Assembly (NCBI GenBank): GCA_047495785.1
Contig: JBLDXI010000015.1
Location: forward strand, 3,720,001 to 3,784,000
Direction: 5' to 3'
From: Lepidodermella squamata
Taxonomy: Eukaryota; Animalia; Gastrotricha
Length of the DNA stretch: 64,000 nucleotides
The first letter of the stretch is position 1, and each line of letters starts with the position of its first letter. A model generated the notes under the pieces. It did not search any database. It was not told where the DNA came from and saw only the letters and a program-made list of their open reading frames with translations. Shown in pieces: positions 1 to 11,059 of this stretch. The position numbers were made by a program, and so were the translations under genes.

Positions 1-2200
1 CACACGGCTGAGAGACATGTACTTCAAAACCTGCTTTTTCTTTTGGAAAGAAAACAGGAGAACCGCAACCAAATGGTAGACGGTGCAGCCGAAGCACAGC
101 CACGTCAGGTATTTAACGTATTCGCTTAGTAAAATCCTTGTTTTAGTTTTCGGAACCAAATCTAACACGGCGGACTGGGTAACTGTCAGGGTTAGCAGAA
201 TAGTCACAGAGAAGCAAGACCTATCAGCGAGCTGAGGTGGCATCAAGAATGCGGTCAGGTCCAATATCCCCAAGACAAAAGTCGGCACCATCAAGTTGTT
301 GAAATAATAGTCGGGAATACGAGAAAGGGTTACAGTGAATCTAGCGACGGAAACATCCGCTCCTCGGAAACGAGTCTGGTCCAAGGTCTGGTTTTTGAAT
401 ACGAACCGCCACTCCGTTGTCTCATCCGCCTCTGACCAAAGGAATTGAGGATTAGTGAAAAGAAGCAAGTCAGTCGACCGTTGTAGGGTGAACGTCAACT
501 CGCAATTTTGCGTGTCGAATGGAAAGTTACTTAGCTCAAGTTGACATGTCGATGAGTAGAGGCCCTCTGATGTCCAAATGAACTCAAACGTACGATTGCC
601 TTTTGGATTGCCGACATTTTTCATTGAGACTGTCAGATCATCGCTGAAGTACCCGCCACCTCTGTATATGTCTGACGAAGCACTGCTGACATATCGAAGC
701 CCAGGTACCCAAATGTCTTGACGGGAGGAGACATAGACCAAGTCGTAGGCGGTTGTCGGAATCACGTCCGAACTACTCTCTGGGCACGTTGAAACCTGCC
801 ACTTGAGAAGAATAATCCCAAGAACGTTCATCGCTTCATTCACAGTATCGATTTCAGCTAGTCGATGTATCTGGAATGCGATCAAGATCGGGATTGGTTT
901 ATCGTAGACAGGAGGGGCGATTCTCAGGGCTTGGAAATCGCTGCATCTCGTCATGACATTTTCGGTCGTTTCTTTAGCGGGCGAAGTTTGCTTCGGGTAG
1001 CATTTTGGAATCAAGTCTTCTATGACTTTTGGCGGTTTGGTGTTCTCACATCCTTCCAGAGTAAGAACGGGCCGGGTAGTAGTTGGTGTCGACGCGGTTG
1101 TAGTTGTTGTCGTTGTTGTTGTCGTAGTTGTCGATGTTGTCGTAGCTTTCATAAAAAGAAGTATCTCATATTTATTAGTAATTTCTCCGCTGTTGTTTAG
1201 CTTACGAGAGATGCATGTAATAGCTACCGCCATTTCGACATGAAGCTTGCAGGTGTCATGATTGGGGGAGTAATTTCCGCATGTTGCGATATCCGGTTCG
1301 TTCCCAGTAGAACACACGACGTCATCGAGCAAGACAACAGGCTTATCCATGCGGCTTGGAGCAAGACTGTTATCAATAGGTACACCATCACTGCGAATAA
1401 AATCAAATTATTAGAAAATTTCTTGAACACAAATTGAGAATATACGGATATCCGAGCGCTTTGCATACTGCTTTAGCTGCCTTGTCATTGAAGTTCGGAT
1501 TATCGTTGCAAATTACACCCCAAATCCTGTCACTAGCAAGATAGTATTCGAGAATTCCTGAAGACCCATTGCCGTATATACGGTACTTTGAGCTTGGATT
1601 TCCTGTGAAGAATACTTGATATCTTACACCTCTAACTTCTTTTCGCAATACCTTGTTCGCAGGGAGGAGCATCCCCGCAGCAAACGGCAGCCACTTGATT
1701 GACTGTGCTGCAGTATAGGTAGCCGGTAATTTTATCCCCTGCGCAGGTAGCAATGTCCGCTTCGCTTCCAGTTTGACAAATCACGTCATTCAGCATAAAT
1801 GGCAGAGGTGATGTCGGTCTATCAACCCAAGCGTACTTGTTCAGCAAACTTCTTCCAGTGCTGTAAAACGGAAGTTCTTTTAATTCTACCATGATGAATT
1901 AATGGCAACTATAATCTCACGAGTGCCCAAGAGCTCGACAGGCTGCCTTGGCAGCTAAATCGTTGAAGTTCGGATTATCGTCACAAATGTATGTCCATCT
2001 ATTATTCGGGGTGTCGTAGTACTCGAGGAGGCCGAAATTTTGGCCACCTGTTATCCGATACAATGGTGAGGCTGCGTCTCCTCCTGTTTCATAAATATGC
2101 GTTCATTTGCACATTAAGAATTTAGATTTTGCTTCTCATCCTCACCTGTCGATAAGTAAGCAATACATAGAATCAATAGCATCACGAAACATTTAAGCAT
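1..2200 (-). CDS. SRCR-SRCR-polyThr-Cys-loop ligand-gated ion channel fusion, copy 1 (multi-exon; 3' end runs off the window)
   Basis: Signal-peptide exon MLKCFVMLLILCIAYLSTG (ATG 2200). SRCR exons read YRITGGQNFGLLEYY..RWTYICDDNPNF.. and YRIYGNGSSGILEYY..WGVICNDNPNFNDKAAKAVCKALGY. Phase-1 intron 1146-1205 joins ..TCIS to PTTTST.. and then to an open channel exon nearly identical to 6632-7854, including the Cys-loop CQLELSNFPFDTQNC. Confidence 0.85.
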
Positions 2201-3706
2201 CTCGACTTGACGTATATATTTGAACAAAAAAACCAAAGGTAAAGCACGGGTGCTGGATTCGACTGAAGTGAGAAGTTCGATGATCAGGAAGAAGGAAATT
2301 AACATCAGGATGGCTTTGCTCGATATCTGTATCAAATACTGCATCCTCGCTGCTGAAGGATTATTTTTTTCCAATATTTTTCGCAATGTTTACTGTCTAT
2401 TTTAAGCGAATGGAAAAATATTAAATTTATCTGTCGCAGAATTTGAAAAAACTAATTTGAGTGAAGATTCTCGAAGGCCATAGAATATAAATGGCTGCGT
2501 CCTTAAAGGGACATTCCGATCCCGTGGTTTTGTTGTTTTGTCGTCACTGTGACAGCTTCCAAGCTTCAAACCTATCAGATAGGGTTATGGTGCTTTCACT
2601 AATGCGTCCGATGAGCGTCCGACGTTTTCGGCGGCCGAAGTTTAGTAATAGGCGCCCAAAGCAGCGTAATAAGGGAATACTCTATGGCAAACCATGGAGA
2701 AATATAATTCCCACATGGTTGGTTATTTTGTGCTTCAATGGAAAATGTGTATCCGCCCGGTGTTTCCGCACGCTCACGCGTTAACGGTGGATCTTTTATT
2801 TTTAATTTCTGTTAAAATCCAAATCACTGAATTACTGGACGAAATAGACTCCATTAAGGGATTGGACTAGCAAAGCAAAAATTTGAAGCAAAGAAAGCAT
2901 TTTAATCCATTTTTATTGAACGCTTAAACTGTGAGAGATGAGCTTAAAAACAATCAAAAGTCAGTTCTGGATATTTGACATGCACCGTGCAGTTATTTAC
3001 TTAATAACTGGCGTCGACCGTGAACTGGCGTGATTCAAACCGCTTCATCAAGCTGGTCAGGATCATAGCCCAGCATTCTCTATCTCCATGCGAAAATTTG
3101 TTAAAATCGGCGACCTTTCAACTAAAAAATTCGTTGAAAATGAGCTATTTTTGTACATTTTTTCGCTGAAATTTTTCAGCTTTAGAAGGGTGCCAAGGCT
3201 TAGCCGATGCATATATCGGCCTAACCTTTTGCAGTTTAGAAGTTCAAGACCAGGTCTATTCATCAAAAAGTGGAGAGTCAGATTTGAAGTAGTTCAGCCG
3301 GAGAAAAGTTTTGCCGAAATGTTGTGGTTTAGCCCGAGAAAAGTGCGCAAAAAAATTACGCGCATTTTGTGACAAGATCCGGCCTAAAAAAACCGCTTCG
3401 AAATTAATGTTTGAAGTTTCCAGCGTGAGTTTCGTCTCTTGTACCGTAATCCGGTACAACTTTGAACAAGTTTTTTTCGGGAATTTTCAAGGAAGAGACT
3501 GTGGGGGCTGTGTTGAGGAAACTTGCTAGATCTCAACGAGACCTCTATTCTGTAAAATTCCCAAGCTGTAGATCCCCATGGTTTCAGAGAAAAGCTGATT
3601 TGCGTGAAATGTTCAAATAGTTGTACCTGTTCAAAGCGCTGTGAAATCTCGTTTCTGCCCTCAACACCTTTAAGATTTCCTTAATTCCCCCCCCCCCCCC
3701 CCCCCC

Positions 3707-6186
3707 CACTCTTAGCCATATCACGGGTAAAGTGTAAAGAAAAATCACGCATCACGCAGGCGTGACGGCTAGAAACGGCATTGAGCCGTGGTTACTCGTT
3801 ACTTGTCACGTATTTTGGCGACTAAAATTGTCTATTCTCAGCTATCCGTTGCAAGCCGTCATATTTCTTTACAATCGAACGGCTTGTCTACGCATCACGG
3901 GTAAAAGGAGCGTTACTTGCCGTTAGAAGCCGTCTCTATCCGTTGCTTGCTATTTTCCAAAATCACGGCTACAAAACGCGTTACTTGCCGTCACTCATAA
4001 TTTATTATTCGTTACATAGCGTGAGCAAGCCATTAGAAGGCGTTACGGGCTAATATTATCCATATAGGGTACCAATCCACCTTGAAACCTGGTGCCAAGA
4101 CTGCTACCCGCTGACCTTGAGACATGAAAGTCGAAACTTCCAAGTCTCAGAAGTAACAGGTAGCAGCCCTGAAACCAGATTTCAAGGAGATTGGTACCCT
4201 ATATGGATAATATTAGCCCGAAACGCCTTCTAATGGCTTGCTCACGTAGAATTGACAAGACATTTTCAACATAATTAGAGTAATTTAGACATTTGAGAAA
4301 GAGTCATCTTAGCACAACATCAAGCACAAACAGCACAACATCAAAAGTTAGACTTAACTTGTCATAATTTGGTTCACGTAGAAACACCGCCTTGACCTCG
4401 CCCAGCACCAAGACCAGAGCCACCGCCGCCCGCCTCCTCTGCCATGACGTCTTGTTTAGGACGACTCGGCCGGGTCGGACCAGTTGTCACTAAAAATAAG
4501 TATTTAAATATTTATTTAATTTCGGAAGAGTTGTCGCTGTACGAGTTGACATTTCACCAATATTTTAGCTATACTCCGGGCCAGTATTAGTTCCATACGG
4601 CCCCCAAGCGTCAGTTGCGCAATTGGAGGGTAAACGCTCTAAATTCGTTTGCTCTAATTTCGTTTGCTCTTATTTCGTTGCTCAAAAGCCCTTGCTCAAT
4701 TTTCGTTGCTCAGTTTTCGTTTGCTCAATTGACATAGAACTACACAAAGAACAAAATGAAAAATAATATTTTAAACGTAAATGCGATACTTTTGAAATAT
4801 ATTTTTAAAATTGAACCATTCAAGGAAATATTCATGGAAATATGAATACTTCTATTTTGAAAATGTTGAAAATTTGGTAAACCTTATTATTACAAAAACT
4901 AGTGAAAATTATTGAAAATTCAAATTGCAACCTTTCCTTCAAGTAAAGGCCTCGACGTCAATTGGCTAGGCCCGGCCTGACTTGCTTCCGGAATCGGAGG
5001 CTGGTTTGACGCCGGCTGCAGAATTGGTAGATGAGACGGCTCTTGAGACGGCGCTTGAGGTGGAAGTTTGATACGGTCCGAGGCTTGAAGTGAGTGACCC
5101 AGCAGGTTGTAGTTGGGAACAGCCATTGCTTGGCCCTTTGGGTTGTAGTTGATAGGTGCCACCACCTGGCCATGCGGGTTGCCGTAATTTTGAACAGCCA
5201 TAAACTGAATCTGAGTAGTTGATTCATGAGCAAGCATCGCCTGTTGCCCATGCCCAATGTAACCCACGTCGATTGACGCGCGCCATACAGCCCACTCGAT
5301 CCATGCGCGTGATCGCCGGAGAACGACGGCATCAACGGTTGTTGAAATGACTGGGCTGCTCATTTGACTGCCCTGAATTCGCTTGCAGCTACACATTTAT
5401 AAACTATATTTTTATAAAACACATTATCAGATAAATTACCTGAGGAGTGTTAGACATCCCAAGCAGAAGAGAAATGATGTTGATAATTCGAATAAATCAA
5501 GAAATGAATTCAAACCTTTTTCAAACTCAAATTGTTTGATGAGACGACACTTTGACGCTCTAAAAACGTTGGGCAAAACTTGAAGTTAGCTCATTACTGA
5601 GACGTAATTAGCCTGCTATAGTTAACGAGGCAGTCATTACGAGCAATCAATACAACTCAATCGACCAAATGAAACGCAATGATAAAAATGATTTAGAAAT
5701 TTCAACTCCAACGGAGTCAAGAGTCAAGTCATCAAAAAACAAACTTCTCGAAAAATTGAAGTTTTATTTGTGTATGAAAACAAGTCAAATGAATGAAGGC
5801 AGTGTGTCTTGCCTTATCAGGTTACGCAACATGTGGTGTAAATTAGCTTTCGTGACGCGTTGATGACAGATAAATAAGGTTTTGCCGTTTTTTTCCGTCG
5901 CTCGTCACGCAGACAGTAATTTTGCTGTTATATCGCATAAAAAAGCCGTGACAAATGCCGTAGACATGCCGTTACGCATTTTTTGGGCGACGGGGCTGTC
6001 GGGCCTAAGGGACTTTGTGATGGCTGGAGACGGCTAGTAACAGCAGTTGACGGCTAGTGGGTCGCCGACCTGAAAAAAAATCCACGGCTAATCACGGCTA
6101 AATCACGGCTAAACCCGTTACAAGCCGTTACATGCCGTAGGATTGTTAAAGGAGAGGTGTCGCAAGCCGTGATTTGGCTCAGTGTG
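3707..6186. mobile_element. Non-autonomous CAC-terminated (CMC/EnSpm-like) DNA transposon
   Basis: Imperfect 20-bp TIRs: CACTCTTAGCCATATCACGG (3707-3726) and CCGTGATTTGGCTCAGTGTG (6167-6186). Many subterminal ACGGCT/AGCCGT repeats at both ends. C-runs on both flanks are compatible with a short TSD. No transposase ORF. Confidence 0.65.
4020..4246. repeat. ~227-bp near-perfect palindrome/foldback inside the CMC-like element
   Basis: CGTGAGCAAGCCATTAGAAGGCG..TAATATTATCCATATAGGGTACCAATC.. is mirrored by ..GATTGGTACCCTATATGGATAATATTAG..CGCCTTCTAATGGCTTGCTCACG. Confidence 0.85.
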
Positions 6187-6631
6187 CCCCGTTCTGGAAC
6201 CCCGAGCGAGTTTGGCGCAGCCAAACGAATCGAGGGGTTTCAGACTACGTTCTCTATGAGGGATGTAACCCCATGGGGACCAAATGGTTTGTTGATGAAT
6301 CGAAAACCAAGTAAAAAATGTTCGATTATTTACTTTCCAAGCGTCACAAGAAATCCAAATTGTAGATGTTTATCAAAAATAAACTAGACCCCAGTAGTTT
6401 CTACATTATTTCACAAACAAAATCACGAAGTTACGCGTGCCAAGGTACAATACAACAAATTAATAGAAGATTCTTTGCCATAGCACTTTTACAGATTCAA
6501 ACACTATTCTGCGAATCCACCGAAATACCAATTAATCAAGCTTTCAAACGACAAGCAAATGGTACCGGGGCACCATATTATTTACATTGTCAACTGTCAA
6601 GAAGTTTACATCTACGAGAATGGACGATCAT

Positions 6632-8893
6632 TCAAATCAGCTTTGCCATTGACGCGATGTAAACATGAATTGCAATAAAACCCGCAATACCAAGAGCGAG
6701 TAGTGCCAAATCGAGCAGACGGCTGATAGACATGTACTTCAAAACCTGCTTTTTCTTATGGAAAGAGAATAGGAGAACCGCAACCAAATGGTAGACGGTG
6801 CAGCCGAAACACAGCCACGTCAGATATTTAACGTATTCGCTGAGTAAAATCCGTGTTTTAGTTTTCGGAACCAGATCCAACACGTCAGATTGGGTAACTG
6901 TCAGGGTTAGCAGAATAGTCACAGAGAAGCAAGACCTATCAGCGAGTTGAGGTGGCATCAAGAAGGCGGTCAGATCCAATATCCCCAAGACAAAAGTCGG
7001 AACCATCAAGTTGTTGAAATAATAGTCGGGAATGCGAGAAAGGGTTACAGTGAATCTGACAACGGAAACATCCGCTCCTCGGAAACGAGTCTGGTCCAAG
7101 GTCTGGTTTTTCGATACGAACCGCCACTCCGTTGTCTCATCCGCCTCTGACCATAGAAACTGGGGATTTGTGAAAACAAGCAAATCAGTCGAACGTTGTA
7201 GGGTGAACGTCAACTCGCAATTCTGCGTGTCGAATGGAAAGTTACTTAGCTCAAGTTGACAGGTCGATGAGTAGAGGCCCTCTGATGTCCAAATGAATTC
7301 GAACGTGCGATTGCCTTTTGGATTGCCGACATTTTTCATTGAGACTGTCAGATCATCGCCGAAGTTCCCGCCAATTCTGTATATGTCTGACGATGCACTG
7401 CTGACATATCGCAGCCCAGGCACCCAAATGTCTTGACGGGAGGAGACATAGACCAGATCGTAGGCAGTCGTCGGAATCACGTCCGAACTACTCTCTGGGC
7501 ATGTTGACACCTGCCACTTGAGAAGAATAATCCCAAGAACGTTCATCGCTTCATTTACAGTGTCGATTCCAGCTAGGCGATGGATCTGAAATGCGATCAG
7601 GATCGGGATGGGTTTGTCGTAGACAGGAGGGGCGATTCTCAGGGCTTGGAAATCGCTGCATCTCGTCATGACGTTTTCGCTCGTTTCCTTAGCGGGTGAA
7701 GTTTGCTTCGGGTAGCATTTCGGAATCAAGTCTTCTATGCGTTTTGGTGGATTCTTATCTTCACATCCTTCCAGTGTAAGAACAGGCCTGGTGGTAGTTG
7801 GGGTCGACGTAGTCGTCGTAGTTGTCGAAGTGGTTGTAGTTGTTGTCGTCGTAGCTTTCATAAAAGAAAAATCATCTCATATGAAATTCTCCGGTGCTGT
7901 TCAACTTACGCGGGATGCAATTTACAGCTGCAGCCAAGTCCACACGAGTCTGGCAGACGGGGTGATTGGGAGAGGGATTGCCGCATAATGTGATATCCTC
8001 TACGTTCTCTGCAGGGCATACAACATTATCGTACAAGTAAACGGCCTTGTTCATGCGGGCTGTAGGGAGATTGTTTGCCATTGCAGTACCACCACTGCGA
8101 AAATACAAAATATATACATCCTCACGGACAAAATTTGTTAAAAAATTACATGTATCCAAGCGATTTGCATGCAGCTTGTGCGGCATTGTCATTAAAGTTC
8201 GGATCATCGTTGCAAATCAAACCCCAAATCCTGTCAGCAGCTCGATAGTATTCGAGAATTCCTGAAGACCCATTGCCATAAATACGGTACTTGTTGATTG
8301 GGGTTCCTGTGGAGAATTATATGATCCTAGAAGGCTTTACCATATCACAGGGTGTACCTTGTTCGCAGGGATGATCGTTGCCGCAGCAAACCGCGGCTGC
8401 TTGGTCTATATTGCTGCAAGCTAGCGCACCGTTCTTGTTCGCCCACGGTCCACAAGTTGCTATATCCGTTTCTTTGCCAGTTTGGCAAAGGATATCATTC
8501 AGCAAAAACGGTTTATCAACCACTGCTGGTCTATCAACCCATGCGTACTTGTTCAGCAAAGTCTTTCCAGTTCTGTGAAAAGCCATTTATCTATATCTTA
8601 ATGGAAATTTCAACGATATTTTTACGTGTATCCAAGTGATCGACAAGCCGCTTCGGAAGCTAAATCGTTGAAGTTAAAATTGTCGTCACAAACGTAGGTC
8701 CATCTATTATTAGGTGTGTCGTAGTACTCGAGAAGGCCGAAATTTTGGCCACCTGTTATTCGATACAATGGTGAGGCCGCATTCCCTCCTGTCAGGAAGA
8801 TTTCTCATCAAAGATTCACTTATTAATTGTTTTCTTACCGATGGATAAATGGGCAACAGATAGAATTAATATTTCGAAGTCTAACTTGGCCAT
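6632..8893 (-). CDS. SRCR-SRCR-polyThr-Cys-loop ligand-gated ion channel fusion, copy 2 (complete, 6 exons)
   Basis: Exon 1 (8893-8839) MAKLDFEILILSVAHLSIG is a signal peptide. Four exons encode two SRCR domains (WTYVCDDNFNF..AACRSLGY; WGLICNDDPNF..AACKSLGY). Phase-1 intron 7855-7909 leads to the terminal exon 7854-6632: poly-Thr, IWVP, Cys-loop CQLELSNFPFDTQNC, EW, SRIPDYYFNNLMVP (M1), DRSCFSVTILLTLTV (M2), then M3 and M4. Confidence 0.9.
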
Positions 8894-9449
8894 GCTAAAG
8901 CTCCAAATGCAATTCGATCGAACAAAAAAAGCAATTTTTTAAATTTTCTGGCAGCTCATGTGAGGAGCAATCGGCAAACCGGAAATGCGAACAGCAGCGA
9001 GAAGATATTTCACAGTTATCGCCATCAAATATTAAATTTTCACGTCTGGTTAGATTGTAAGATAAATATTTCACCTTCGGAATAATCTCTCTTTGTTTAC
9101 CATTCAGGCGAAAATGAAATTATTGCAACTTTGACTTATTGAATCGTCTCGAAATAAATTTATTTTAGACTTATTTATAGAATTTCGATCTCGTTACCTT
9201 TTTTATGGCCATAAGTATTGCTAGTGTCATTGATCAAATCTGTACTTACAAGGACGGTGCAGTTAAATAGGCATTGAATGAAGCATTGAAATCTGCCAAA
9301 ATAATTTATTAACGTATTTATCACGTGAAAAACTTGAATAGAGTCATAAAAAGCGCCGCCGACGCACTCGTTTTTCCGAGAACTGGAAACGGCCATGAAA
9401 AGGCAGAAAATTTCGAGAACTGCTGGTTGTACGCAACACGCAGCTGATA

Positions 9450-11059
9450 ATGTCAAAAGACCCAGAGCGTTTCCCAAGCGGCCTTGTTATTATATTCATT
9501 TGCTTCCTGTTCGGGACAATCGCACTGATCTCCCAAATTCTGCCATTTAGTCTAAAAAATGATATTTTCAGCGGCAGTCGTACTTCGTTTCGGACGCAAA
9601 ATTCATCTTCCTTAAAGGATGCTGGAAAAGCGGAGTTTAGGTTCAAGCCGATCGGGTACTCGACCTACGACTTCACAATGCAGGGTATTCATTACGCGGA
9701 AAGTATTTGTGCAGGCGACGCATTTTTGGACTACGAGTCCGAGGCCGAAGTAACGTCATCAGTGCTATTCGAATTCTCGCCTTTGGTCAACGATCACGTG
9801 ATGCTGATGTTTGCCGACCATGTCCGCAATGAAACTTGGCTCGATAACGCGCACACATTCCCCATGCAAATCAGCTGTCATCCGGACGGAGCTTACCTCA
9901 CCTGTGCACTTCGAACTTGGCTGAGATTAACGCAGTGGGTTGGGTCGGTCTTTCCGGTTCGTAATCGTTTCCAAGACAGTTCGATGTATGTCCTGCAGCT
10001 GGACAGCGATTTGAAACCGGTTAGGAAATCCAAGCACTTTCTCGGGATCCCGACACCGGTTCAAGATTCTGAATATACTGGCCCAGAAGATCCGAGAATT
10101 GTCGCGATTAATGGATCGCTTTACATGAATTTCCTTATTGGTTACAACTATGGAATGGGAACAGGGACGAAAAGGTAGGTCGAAAAGGCGAATAACTTAT
10201 TGAAAATAATATCCTAAAATATTAGGCGGCAATTTCTATGGTCATTGGACGAAAGCGTTCTATACACTATTCGAGCGGATAATCTGAGAGACAGGCCGTC
10301 AGAAAAAAATTGGGCACCATGGGTCACCGAAAATAACGTTCTTCGCTTTGTCTACCAATTTCTACCGGTAATGAGAGTGATGGAATGCGATTTTTTACCA
10401 GAATTACCCGAACAATCTCGAGCTGTACATTGCAAATTCATCGCCGGCGATACTGGACAGATTGAGACTGCCGGATTTGTGCTACGAGGGGGTTCGCCTA
10501 TTGTTCATTACAAGGACGAATATTACATAACGCTGACGCATTCTGTATCACATTCAGGTGGCAGAAGTATGTTTCACCATTTCGATTGAGAGTCTTCTAT
10601 AAAAATGACGTTTGTTTAGAATATGCTGCTCAAATTACCCTGATGAACATGAAAGACTTTCGGGTTGTTTTCATCTCATCGCCAATCTTGATCAACCCAG
10701 ACATAATGCGAAGTACAAAAACGACAGATCCTGGTATAGTCAGACCGTTTCTATATGCTCGAAGCATTTTCCTGGAATCCAAGGACAGCTTGGTCATGAG
10801 TGCAGGCTTAAATGACAACCACAGCTTCCTCATCAGATTGCAGGGATTCTCTCTTCTCTTGGGTATGAAATTTATAAAATCATTTTTATCGAAAATTAAA
10901 GTTTGTTTATTTCAAGAAAATGCAATGATTATCGATCGAAATGTCTCGGCTTGTAGAGAAAAGCTGGAGTTGGCGGCGAATGCGTTTGAGACTGCGTTGA
11001 CAAGAGTTAACGACAATATCTTGGATAATTTATTTCCTTTAAATGCTCCTCCAGCTTGA
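9450..11059 (+). CDS. Type II membrane GT91/BMT-like (GH130-fold propeller) protein, paralog 1 (4 exons)
   Basis: N-terminal TM anchor; motifs GPEDPRIVAINGSLYMNF, EKNWAPW and LRGGSP. Short introns at ~10175-10225, ~10568-10618 and ~10863-10916. Ends NAPPA*. Confidence 0.75.

Noticed and set aside
865-1243. Plus-strand ORFs with poly-Val or Cys-Arg repeats (also 7703-7993)
   Set aside because: They are antisense shadows of the poly-Thr stalk codons of the channel genes.
3687-3707. Poly-C run as a regulatory or G-quadruplex element
   Set aside because: It is a simple homopolymer at a transposon junction, and its length may be a sequencing artefact.
6632-7861. Stand-alone channel ORF starting MKATTTT
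   Set aside because: The ATG lies in the intron just before the AG acceptor and gives no signal peptide. Splicing to the SRCR exons is in phase in both paralogs.
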